From contig JBJCIZ010001298.1 of assembly GCA_051294375.1 (NCBI GenBank), positions 1-10,196 on the forward strand: a stretch of DNA of 10,196 nt. Reading direction: 5' to 3'. This DNA is from Paraspadella gotoi. Lineage: Eukaryota; Animalia; Chaetognatha. Shown here piece after piece: positions 1-9,085 of this stretch (position 1 is its first letter; every line of letters begins with the position of its first letter). A program made the translations under genes and the position numbers. The notes under the pieces were generated by a model. The model had not been told where the DNA came from. It saw only the letters and a list, made by a program, of their open reading frames with translations, and did no database searches.

Positions 1-50
1 ATCATATTCATCCATTAGCGACCCTCAGCCAATAAGAATTAACCAATTAG

Positions 51-274
51 GAGATGCTGAATCTCGATCTGCGCGCTGCGCTGACCACCAGATTCCGTTA
101 CCTTGAATCCTGCCCCCAAATCTCCTAAATCCAAACAGTGCACGACCACGTGCCCACCGCCTCACCAGCCCTATCGTGCCGCCACCGGCCGACCAGCACT
201 CCAAGCGCGCCCACAGCCGCTCAGCCTCTCTGCCCAAAAACGGAGGCCCTCTGACCCGGTCGGAGCTTTGTTAA
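51..274 (+). CDS. Possible terminal exon of an unidentified gene (may contain errors)
   Basis: GC-rich stretch after aattAG at 49-50. Frame 107-274 reads ILPPNLLNPNSARPRAHRLTSPIVPPPADQHSKRAHSRSASLPKNGGPLTRSELC*, followed by T-rich UTR-like sequence. Confidence 0.3.
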
Positions 275-354
275 AGAAAGAGTTTTCTTTTCTCATTTCG
301 AGGCGGCGAAAGCGATGCGTAATTATGTTTGTTTCGGTGGAAACGGTCCATCGA

Positions 355-442
355 ACGTCGTCGTCCGTCGTTGTGTGGTCGTCCTGTCGTCGCGTCGTCG
401 TCCAGATCGTCGGTCGTCGTCGTTCGTCTGATGTTCGTCGTC
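355..442. repeat. Degenerate (GTC)n microsatellite
   Basis: Repeated cgtcgtcgtc units. Confidence 0.75.
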
Positions 443-1119
443 TTGCGTTTCTCGCAGATTTTTTTTTTTTCCGTTTTGTTGTTGTGTGGCTATTTTCTGT
501 TGCCTATAACAGGATTTCCTTTTTTCGCCTTCTTGCATGCGTTTTCTTTTTTTTTTTTTTTTTTGAAACATTTGTTGTGTTTCAACAAGCGAATTTCTTC
601 ATTTCACGTTTCGACGTTTCGCTCCTTTCCGGTTTTTTTGTTATCTTTGTCATACGAATAATTTTCTTTGTCACTTGGAATCTTTCTTTTATTTTTTACG
701 TTTTTGCTCTCATCGAAGAGTTTCGGTTGGAAGTGATTTTTCATCCCTGTATTGATGTGACGGGGAACGGAGAAGGGCGACTTGGGTCAGGATTTAAAAC
801 CATATATAGAGAGAAACAAAAGATAAATGAGGTACTATTAAATAGAGGATAAAATTAAACTCTTGTTTAATTAAACTTTAAATTTATGCACGGTAGGATA
901 ACTTTTACGGGAGACGTTTTGTTTTTTTCAAATGGCCCGATGATTCTAATATTATAATTTAATGTCTCAGTGTTTGTTTTGTATATTATTATTATTGATT
1001 ATCTATATAAAAGTAGCGTGCTATCAGAAAATGTTCGTTCGTCGTGAATGTCGCGACTGAGGACGGCAATGACCTCGATTAACCATTGGTGAAGAGAACC
1101 ATCTCCAACATGGGGAGGC

Positions 1120-1322
1120 GCGAGAGAGAGAGACGGAAGAGAGAGAGCAGGGAGAGAGGAGCGAGAGTAGAGAGAGAGAGAGAGAGAGAGAGAAGTGGAG
1201 AGAGAGTAGAGAGAGAAGGAGAGATGGAGAGAGAGAGAGAAGAGAAGAGAGAGAGAGGAGAGTGAGTGAGAGAGAGAGAGAGAGAGAGATGAGAGAGAGA
1301 GATGAGAGAGATGAGAGGGAGT
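1120..1322. repeat. Imperfect (GA)n microsatellite
   Basis: Long gagagaga tract. Confidence 0.95.
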
Positions 1323-1455
1323 AGAAGAATATACAATAGGAAAAAAAATAGAAGGATGTTTCCTTATGGTTTTAAGGTTGTTAAAATATTTTAAAAATTA
1401 AATAATATAAATGGTGGGGAAAACATAGGATGTCAATATCTTAGGGAAAATCGCG

Positions 1456-1952
1456 ATGAAAAATATTTTGAAAGGACCGCGCTTCGTTGCCCGTTCGCTA
1501 GATGGAGAAACTCGGGAGGAAGAAAGGGAAGGTAAGGCGAAACATCAAGCAGAGGAAGAAGGCGAGGAAGAAACGACGCGTTATCCCGAATCTCCAGTGA
1601 TGATGGTCGTTGTTTCCTCATTCCAGGACTCAACAATTCGGGTCAAATGTCAGGGAATAATGGCGGTCCGCCGGCGCGAACTCGATTCAAAACTCAACAA
1701 CAAACAACAACAACAACGCTGACGATTTTTCATCGATCCTGGAGCGAGCCTCGTTCAACTCAGAGGAAAAGATTTCTGTATACGGAAGAACGAATTTACA
1801 AATCGAGAAAAAAACGAAAGTCGTGATGGAAAAGGCTAAGAAGCGATAAAGGTTAACGGGTACGGTTAATCGTGACGAATGGCCTTTCCTCACGAAGTCA
1901 TCCACCAGCGGAAAAAAAAAGATACGAGTACCGCGAACGCTAGAAATGTCGC
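1456..1952 (+). other. Coding-like GC-richer island, unassigned
   Basis: Short ORFs in shifting frames with splice-donor-like GTAAGG (about 1532) and GTAAGT (1953). No recognisable protein family. Confidence 0.25.
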
Positions 1953-3111
1953 GTAAGTCTAAGTCTGTACATGGGATAACTTTTCCATTTATAGGATAAA
2001 CGGCTTTAGGATTTTATAGGAGGTTGTCTGAGAGTCTGGCTATTGCCCATTTAAGCAGTTTTTCAAAAAAAAAATCCTAAACCACTTAAAAATTGGGTCA
2101 AAAAAAAAAGTTAAAAATTTGCATACCATGTATATTTTTTTAATTTTCTTCTTAAAATTTGGCTAAATGATACTCAAGAGGGTTTGTGAGCTTCTGTAGG
2201 AATATTGTTACTATCTGAAAATTTTTTGCCATTTTTATCAGTGCTGATATTTTTGATGGGTCATTTTTTCAATGATGCATAACTTCCTTATTAATGAATA
2301 TTATGGTTTTAAATTTTAGTAATAGGTGGGCCTTGGGTAGTCCTACAATACACATGAGTTTCAGTCATTTTAAAAAACATTTTGGCACAGGTCAAAATTT
2401 TTTTGACAAAATTCAATTGGTTATTATGCCAAAAGTATGACAGTAAATGATATAATTTTTTCGTTATAAATCAGTAAAAGCATGCTTTTTATAACCCTGA
2501 AGTAAAAAATTTTTCTTTGCGTTTCTAAAAACTCATTTGCATATTAATAGTTTTTTTAAATTTTTACAATTTTTTACTTTAAATCAATTTTTTTTCATTA
2601 GTTTTTAACACACGAGTAATATATTATATAACGCTTTAAAAAATAACATCATAGCTAAATTTGAATATATTCTAAATATTTTTATTAATTTTTAAATATT
2701 ACTAAAAAATGTTAATTTATTAAACATTTTACAAATTATTACAAATTTGGCAGCATTGAATAGAGGGCAACATAGGGATTCCAAATATATAATTTTTTTC
2801 TCAAATTTATTTGTTCAAAGTTGAGAAAATCCATGCCAAAGTGCTCAAAAATCGAAAAAAATGCCCTTTTTTGAAAGCCAATAAAAAATGTAACCATGAT
2901 AATTTTTTCTCAATTTTTCGGAAATAGGTCAAGTTTTATCTATATTTTGTAGTCGTCAAGTATTAGGTCAATCAAAGAAATTTTACTACCATATTTAAGG
3001 GGAAAGTTAAATTTTACCAGTTTAGAAAAGTTTAATTCGTGTTTTTAATAAGAAGGATACAAGTGAAGTTTTTTTAAAAGATAATTTCTTCTATAATGTA
3101 CAAAAGAATAT

Positions 3112-3600
3112 ATGAAAGAAGTACGGAAGGAAGAATGGAAGGAAGTACGGAAGGAAGGAAAGAAAAAAGGAAGGAAGGAAGGAAGGAAGGAAGGAAAGAA
3201 AAAAGGAAGGAAGGAAGGAAGGATTAAAAGAAATAAAGAGTGGAAAAAAGGAAAGAAAGAGAAAAATGAAGGAAAGAGGAAGATGAAATTAAAGAAAAAG
3301 GGATGTCAGGAGAGGAAAAAAGAAGAAAAAGGGTTTCAAGGAAAGGAAGAAAGAAAAAAGCTAGCAGAATTAATGATGGAAAACGAACGAACGAAAGATA
3401 AAAAAAGGGAAAAAAAGAAAAAAAAAGGAAAGACGGAAAAAAATAGGAGAGAAAAAAAAAAGAAACGGAATCTGAAAATGAATAAATGAATGAATCAACC
3501 AATGAATCAAAAATCAATTCAATAAACGCCAAAGGGAAAAAGAAATAAGTAAACAAGAAAGGAAACAAAGAAGGAAAGAAGGAAAGAAGAAAGAAAAATA
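3112..3600. repeat. (GAAG)n and A/G-rich low-complexity tract
   Basis: ggaaggaaggaa arrays grading into A-rich purine sequence. Confidence 0.9.
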
Positions 3601-3659
3601 GTTTTTACAAAAAGACTGAAAAACCAGCTAATACTGTGAAGTATACCTTAACAGTTGCA

Positions 3660-3910
3660 GCTGATTTTTGCCATTAAGAAATGTCTTGCGAAAGAGATAT
3701 TTGGAAACCTCCTAATCGCCATTTTTCAACGCCGCCAAAAAAGGAAAATCGTCCTCAACGTCTGGGTTCGAATCCAATTCCTTTCCTCGATAAAACTAAT
3801 ATTTTTTTGTCTTCAAAATGTAAAACCCCCTCTATCGAGATCAAGTGTTTTAAAGGCATCGATAAAACGACATCTTGCTTGTTACCAAGGTTGGTACTTC
3901 TTTTGTCTCC
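3660..3910 (-). pseudogene. Degraded EF-hand (calmodulin-superfamily, EFCAB2-like) coding fragment
   Basis: Across frameshifts: RQKKYQP..QDV.FIDAFKTLDLDRGG.LHFED.K..LSRKGIGFEP.VEDDF.LAALKNG, resembling the AFxxLDxxxxGxLxxEDLK EF-hand pattern. Confidence 0.4.
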
Positions 3911-4006
3911 TTGCAATTTTTGATAATTTTCAGCATCTGGACACTGGTTGCTCGTAACTTGTTTTAACAGGATTTTAAATTGTTTTTTTTTTCCCAAATA
4001 TATTAC

Positions 4007-4393
4007 CGTTTTATCACATCATTTGCATGTAGGTGGGACTTTCGTCCATTACTGTACAAGCACATATTGGCATTCGCTGTGTTAACGTGTAACCTTCAGT
4101 TCATCTAGTTTCGTCGTCGATTTTAACACTCTGATTTCATCCCAATAGGTTCATAAGTCTTTAATAAAAATTTTCTCGGGCTTCGATGACGTTCCTGGCG
4201 CCATGCCCGTCATAATAGATACCCTTTTTCTGGACATTGAGGACTAAATCCAGCGCGCGCATCCCAATTGGAATAGTTAGTTCTTTCGGATATTTGTCTT
4301 CAGGATTCAAGTTCCAGTTTCCATACTCATCCCTACCCAATTGGAAATATCATTTACATTTTAAAGCAGCTCGGTCAAATTTTGTGGATTTTC
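4007..4393 (-). pseudogene. Frameshifted duplicate of transposase exon 9086-9447
   Basis: Collinear with 9086-9447 and has the same splice sites, but carries many small indels that break the frame. Confidence 0.88.
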
Positions 4394-4413
4394 CTGTATG
4401 GGGAGAAAATAGA

Positions 4414-4696
4414 TTTTTAGCCGAGATCTGCCTAATGCCGTTCTCGTATCTCTTATGCTATATATCACTTGTCCGGTCGTCGGTCGCGCTCCACTAATTA
4501 AAAGTTTGTCGGTAAGTCACTTAAATCATGTCAGAACATCGAATTATGATAAATTAAATAAGTATAGGGACGATTGACTTGAAATTTTGTATATTAGTAG
4601 GAAACGTTGTATGATTGAGCTGGAAATCAAGTTTCAACGGAATCGTCTGAGTGGAAATGTAGTCGGGCATGGCCTAGGTTCACCCCGCCTATTAGT
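4414..4696 (+). mobile_element. HINE-like element B, duplicate copy
   Basis: Duplicate of 9464-9730, lying in the intron between transposase exons 5234 and 4393. Confidence 0.6.
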
Positions 4697-4699
4697 TGT

Positions 4700-4935
4700 G
4701 ACCCGGTGGCTCATTGAGTTAAGCCATCAGCTCATGGACCACTAGACGGGGTGGTACCGGTCAATCCCAACTCGGTACCTACCCTGCGGGAAGAGTGAGG
4801 CCGGCCGTAAGCCGCCTTGGGGGCGTGGCAAACCCTCAAGCCTGGTTCCAAGTCCAGGACCCGTTCCATGTCTGTCTAGAAGGGGTTATAGAAGTTATGG
4901 ATAGTCATCTTCTGCCCACTTAGCGCCTTATCCAC
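4700..4935 (+). mobile_element. tRNA-derived SINE-like element, duplicate copy
   Basis: Indel-rich duplicate of 9734-9970. Confidence 0.55.
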
Positions 4936-5233
4936 AGAAATTAAGTTTTTTAAATGGAAAAAAAAAATAATATGTTTTAATAATTGATTATGCTCTTTTA
5001 TATAAAATATATAAATGCAAGCTGCATTATTAATAAAATAATTATCAATTTATTATTTCATTAATCAGTTAATCCAATCAATCAATCAAATCGTCAACTG
5101 TTTGATTAATTAATCCATCAATCAATCATTTATCGTCTGGTGTTATCTTCGTCATCGTCGACATCATCGCCCGTCTATGCTTTTGTTGTGGTCAATTACA
5201 AATATTTTTAGAAAATCATCTCATTAAACACAC

Positions 5234-5724
5234 TTTTACAAATAATTTGAGCGCTGCACAAATAATCCGGATTGTCTTTCGGAGAAGGGGTTTTTCGGGT
5301 GGCGACCCCGTCGATCTTCTTTAATTTCCAATATTTTCTTCAAATTCCTTGACCCAACGTTCAATTGTTCTCGGATTAACATTGACAATGTTTGCAGCTG
5401 AAATCTCAATGCTCGATAGTTAAACCCCAAATTTCGGATTTTTCTTTTATGGTCTTGTAATAATGCGTGTTAATCCAATTGGTTTTTTTTCAATGTAAGA
5501 CATTTCATCGTAGGGTGATCCAATTTGTACCAAAGCTTCCAGAGCGAAATTTTTGTCGATCTGCCATTTTCGATGCAATTTTCATGGTAACTTTTTTGTC
5601 TCTGTTTCTTTTTTTGTGAACGCGAAAATTTTGATTTGTCCTGAATCTGGAGTTCATTTTTTGTTTTTGTCGCTTTTTTTTTTGGAAGCCAATAGCTGCT
5701 CTTCTGTCTCAGTCAGTAAATCTC
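5234..5724 (-). pseudogene. Frameshifted N-terminal (HTH-like) exon of the same transposase, copy 1; may extend to an acceptor at 6454
   Basis: Piecing frames together gives DKNFALEALVQIGSPYDEMSYIEK...YYKTIKEKSEIWGL...ISAANIVNVNPRTIERWVKEFEEN..IKEDRRGRHPK...LKLFVK. The phase-0 donor AAA|GTgtgt at 5233 matches the phase-0 acceptor at 4394. Several single-base indels are present. Confidence 0.75.
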
Positions 5725-6300
5725 TTGATCCCTCCGATCCATTCAATTCTCTCCGATCCATTCAATTCCTCTGATCCATTCAATTCCTCTGATCCATTCA
5801 ATTCCTCCGATCCATTCAATTCCTCCGATCCATTCAAATCCTTGATTCCATTCAAATCCTCTGATCCATTCAGTCCTCCGAATCTATCCAATTCCTCCGA
5901 CCATTCAATTCCTCCAATCCATTCAATTTCTCCGATCCATGGAATTCCTCCAATTATCCATTCAATTCCTCCAATCCATTCAATTCCTCCGATCCATCCA
6001 ATTCCTCCGATCCATCCAATTGCTCCAATCCATGGAATTCCTTCCAATCCATTCAATTCCTCCGATCCATGCAATATCTCCGCTCCATGCAATTTTCTCC
6101 GATTCTATCCAATTCCTCCGATCCATTCAATTCCTCCATTCCATTCAATATCCTCCGATCCATTCAATTCCTCCAATCCATTAAATTTTCTCCGAACCAT
6201 CCCAATTTCTCCGATCCATTCAATTCCTCCGATCCATGCAATATTCTCTGATCCATGCAATTTCTCTGATCCATCCAAAACCTCCAATTCATCCAATTCC
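5725..6300. repeat. 18-bp tandem repeat (consensus GATCCATTCAATTCCTCC), roughly 30 units
   Basis: Directly visible. It translates as (NGSEEL)n or (IEWIGG)n on minus and (SDPFNS)n or (IPPIHS)n on plus. Confidence 0.95.
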
Positions 6301-6527
6301 ACTTTCCGATGGTGCCATCAATTGGTTACGGGAATCACAGATTGATTGACGTCAAAGAGGGAGTCTTTCTATTGTCTGTAGTTATCTGTTCCGGTTTTTT
6401 TCTTTCTCAGCTGCCAACGATGAAGGAGAGCCAGATTTTATGATTTTCTGCGTCTAAAATTATTGTTTTTGCCGTGAGTTCCCTACTCTTTTTTCCAAAT
6501 TTCATCACTTCATATTAATTTTGTCAT

Positions 6528-6552
6528 NNNNNNNNNNNNNNNNNNNNNNNNN
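6528..6552. other. Assembly gap (25 N)
   Basis: Run of N. Confidence 1.
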
Positions 6553-7010
6553 ATCGGTTGCATTTAAAGAAAAAATTTTAAAAGAATAGATTTAACCAGA
6601 CCCTGTTCTTAACTGTTCTAATCTGCACTATCCTTAAAAATGGCTCTAATCGACACCGGGATTGAGCGCACGGTTTCTCGACTTAGAATAGTAGTTATTC
6701 CAATTCATAATAGCCTTCTTAATAATATACATACTGCTAGGGAACATTAACATATTTAGTAGTGGTTTTAAGCTCTAAACTGAGCAAATTCGACCATTTT
6801 AGTAGCGCAGCATATTGTCAGAGCAAGAGAAAAAAATAGCTATATCAGAAAGAGAAAACAACAGTGATTATTTAGTATATTATAAAAAGACATTCAATAA
6901 CATTTTGCCTATAAAATCTGATGGAAAATACCATTCTAAGTTTTGAATCACTACGGGTGTATGTTTCTTTGAAAAAACAATAAGCGTAATTAGTTAATAA
7001 TAATATTTAC

Positions 7011-7165
7011 CACGTGATTTTCCCGCTACATTTTTAATACGGAGGGTTTTGGCTACGTCTCTATAAGCACACTCGATTGGGGCGAGTTCTGGGTGAAACT
7101 TGGGTGTATATATCACCACATCTCCACGTTTCTCTGCTTCTTCTTCGACCATCGATTTTGAGGCT
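7011..7165 (-). CDS. Transposase exon carrying the third catalytic residue (PKFHPELAPIE)
   Basis: A 67-bp GT-AG intron (7232-7166) joins in phase (AA|A, Lys). It reads KASKSMVEEEAEKRGDVVIYTPKFHPELAPIECAYRDVAKTLR...; PKFHPELxPIE (7104-7072) corresponds to the IS630/Tc1 PxxSPDLNPIE motif. Donor G|GTaaat at 7010. Confidence 0.92.
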
Positions 7166-7232
7166 CTAAAATAATTTTAAACTTAATGAACATAAACGAT
7201 AAATAAGATTAAAAGTATTTGAAATTCTTCAC

Positions 7233-7383
7233 TTAAAATCTTCTTCTTTTTCAAGAAGGGCGACAAGGTCATCTTGTAAGAGACCCCTAACAGCTTCATC
7301 TCCAAAACGTTCGCGACAAATTTGCCGCAAACCTTTGGCTGTCCCAGCGTTTGCGCCATCCTCCCAAACCATTTTTTGGACAA
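7233..7383 (-). CDS. Transposase exon (insertion region between the second Asp and the Glu)
   Basis: AG| at 7384 and |GT at 7232. The frame is not in the ORF track: VQKMVWEDGANAGTAKGLRQICRERFGDEAVRGLLQDDLVALLEKEEDF, matching the QxMV...GxxKGLxQxxxER...LLxxxxDF motif of this transposase clade. Confidence 0.88.
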
Positions 7384-7518
7384 CTATTTAAAAAGCATCG
7401 GTAAATTGCATTTCAGGAATATTAAGGAAATTATTTCATGTAGATAAGACGCGATGTACAGTCCTGAGCAAAAAAATTGCGCCATTATGGTGGACTAAAA
7501 TCCACCAACCGTTCATCA

Positions 7519-7705
7519 GCGGCCATTGGTGCCGGAGGCAAGTCATTCGCCTCCCAACCCAAAGGTCCGGGGTTCTAGCCCGGTGGTCGTCTGGCAGTTA
7601 AGAGGGACGGGGCGCTTAACCCGCCTGTAACATGGTGTTACAGCCTGATCCGAAGCTCAGGGACTGCTTATATTGAACGGTTCTGTCACTAACACATAAC
7701 AATAA
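7519..7705 (+). mobile_element. tRNA(Gly-CCC)-derived SINE-like element or pseudo-tRNA with a structured 3' body
   Basis: 72-nt head: acceptor stem GCGGCCA (7519-7525) / TGGTCGT (7584-7590), TCGCCTCCCA as in tRNA-Gly(CCC), T arm CCGGG-GTTCTAG-CCCGG. The anticodon stem is broken. The body has several hairpins and ends in an AC/AT-rich tail. Confidence 0.6.
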
Positions 7706-7918
7706 TTACTGTCTCTTCATCATTTTATTTCAGAATTTTAAAAATCACCATATATACTTAAAAATTTTTAAAAATTGTAAAAATAAAGTTTATTAAAAAT
7801 TATGTTTGGTATAAATTTTATTAAAATTGGGCCATCCCTTAAGGAGTAGTAATTTTTTTAAATGAAATATTTTACCGCAAAGCTGATTATAAAAAAGCCT
7901 GACAGATTTAAGATTAAC

Positions 7919-8104
7919 NNNNNNNNNNNNNNNNNNNNNNNNNNNNNNNNNNNNNNNNNNNNNNNNNNNNNNNNNNNNNNNNNNNNNNNNNNNNNNNNNN
8001 NNNNNNNNNNNNNNNNNNNNNNNNNNNNNNNNNNNNNNNNNNNNNNNNNNNNNNNNNNNNNNNNNNNNNNNNNNNNNNNNNNNNNNNNNNNNNNNNNNNN
8101 NNNN
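7919..8104. other. Assembly gap (186 N), probably hiding the second catalytic Asp of the transposase
   Basis: Run of N interrupting the exon that starts at 8171. Confidence 1.
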
Positions 8105-8171
8105 CGCCGTCATAACAAGCGTTCCCAACGATTTAGGAGACGGAAAAATTCCGTCGCCGAGAGACCAGCAA
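8105..8171 (-). CDS. Next transposase exon, running into the N gap
   Basis: Acceptor ttttatttAG|T at 8172 completes CG+T (Arg) in phase with the 9086 exon. It reads R-CWSLGDGIFPSPKSLGTLVMTA, the W...PKxxGxxxMxx motif expected right after the first catalytic Asp. Confidence 0.85.
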
Positions 8172-8655
8172 CTAAATAAAAATCAATGATTACATTTTTA
8201 ACAGGATATGCTTACTGCAGATCCCGGCTCTACGATTCACTTTGTCAGTCAGTCAGTCACACCCCAAAATATTATCCCTGAAGTTATGTCAGAACTTCAA
8301 ATTATGATAAATTATGCAAAAAAATCGATGTCCGTGAAATTGTCCAAGTGGTAATAAGTTTAATGGAAAAAAAGCCATTTCATTATTTTATTTTGCTTTT
8401 TTTCTTTTTTATTAAGTAATTTATTTATTATCTAAATAATTAATTTATTAATTAAATGATTATCTTATCAGCTGCCTACCGCAAATGATAGTGAAACTGT
8501 TTCACTATTTGATTATGTAAGAGATGACTATTTGATATGATCCTAAATAAGATTGAGATATTGTAGTATTGAACTTGAATGGGCTTATTTTCATTCTGGA
8601 TTTCAATATTAGTTCTATTTTTCAGTTTTTAAGTAGTTATTTATAGTCTAGTTGG

Positions 8656-8827
8656 GTGGAGAAGGCCGTGCGGCTCTCGAGACTCGAACTCGAATACTAA
8701 ATGCGTGTGGGGAAACGTTGAGTGGCATGACGACATCGAAAAGTTGGATCTGGAGGCGAGGGTTGCTGCAGCAGTTTTCCTCGTCAATCTCATGCGGCAC
8801 ATGGAAACAAATATTTTCAAGCGTTGA
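8656..8827 (+). pseudogene. ATPAF2: Degraded 3' coding fragment of ATP12/ATPAF2 (mitochondrial F1-ATPase assembly chaperone)
   Basis: VEKAVRLSRLELEY*MR /frameshift/ VWGNVEWHDDIEKLDLEARVAAAVFLVNL...KR* parallels the ATPAF2 C-terminus as recalled (VEQAVLLSRLEEEYQIQKWGNIEWAHDYELQELRARTAAGTLFIHL). TAA at 8698-8700 sits where Gln is expected. Confidence 0.85.
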
Positions 8828-8965
8828 AGGCGGCGGAGAATTGGTTTAGACTTAGGACGGGTGTGGCGCTGCCGATTCGTCAATTTAGACTGTGATTCTT
8901 CACGTTATCGTCGGGGATGTACGTTTGATGTTTTTACAAAACGACCTCAAAAAATTGAAGTTTAA

Positions 8966-8996
8966 ATAATTAATTAATTAATTAATTAATTAATTA
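8966..8996. repeat. (TAAT)n microsatellite inside element A
   Basis: taattaattaattaaattaattaattaatta. Confidence 0.85.
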
Positions 8997-9085
8997 CTGC
9001 TAATGATCGTAGGCAGATCTGACACTGGTTGCTCGAACTTGTTTTTACAGGATTTTAAAATTTTTTTTTTTCCCAAATATATTAC

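Larger units (their letters stand above)
3931..5178 (+). repeat. Direct duplicate, copy 1, of 9014-10196
   Basis: Collinear match from acactggttgctcg through gtcatcgtcgacatcatcgc; differences are mostly small indels. Confidence 0.95.
8195..9046 (+). mobile_element. DINE-1/HINE-like (Helentron-associated) non-autonomous element A in transposase intron 8172-9085
   Basis: Begins in TTTTT. Has a 5' subterminal repeat with an imperfect inverted copy (ggatatgc-ttact-gcagatcc) and a (GTCA)n microsatellite at about 8244-8258. A 3' complementary subterminal motif gtaggcagatct lies at 9009-9020 and the element ends CTTGTTTTT as DINE-1 does. Removing it leaves an intron of about 67 bp. Confidence 0.65.

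Noticed and set aside
103-852. 249-aa ORF and overlapping ORFs 323-571 and 329-661
   Set aside because: They arise from stop-poor (GTC)n and T-rich low-complexity sequence and show no recognisable domain.
1079-1336. Leu/Ser-rich ORF
   Set aside because: Translation of the (GA)n microsatellite.
2030-3010. Non-autonomous DNA transposon in the AT-rich block
   Set aside because: The texture is repeat-like, but I could not identify termini, a target duplication or a second copy.
3112-3568. Lys/Glu-rich and Phe-rich ORFs
   Set aside because: Translations of the (GAAG)n and A-rich tract.
5725-6300. CRISPR array
   Set aside because: Head-to-tail 18-mers with no unique spacers, in a eukaryotic context with no cas genes.
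6879-6966. C-terminal transposase exon (ETYTRSDSKL...FYRQNVIECLFIIY*)
   Set aside because: The acceptor is phase-compatible but similarity to the expected C-terminal helices is weak.
7183-7383. ORF-track 66-aa protein MSKKWFGR...
   Set aside because: Wrong frame; another frame of the same strand carries the transposase motifs and fits the splice phase at 7233.
7480-7520. Hammerhead ribozyme on the minus strand (CTGATGA followed by a hairpin)
   Set aside because: No GAAA after stem II and no stem I/III arrangement.
7519-7590. Functional tRNA-Gly gene (likewise tRNA-Met at 9734)
   Set aside because: Anticodon stems do not pair and the D and T arms are non-canonical or degenerate.
7876-7918. 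Additional transposase exon end after the gap (VNLKSVRLFYNQLC, donor at 7875)
   Set aside because: The phase would fit 7383, but no convincing motif match is visible; left uncalled.
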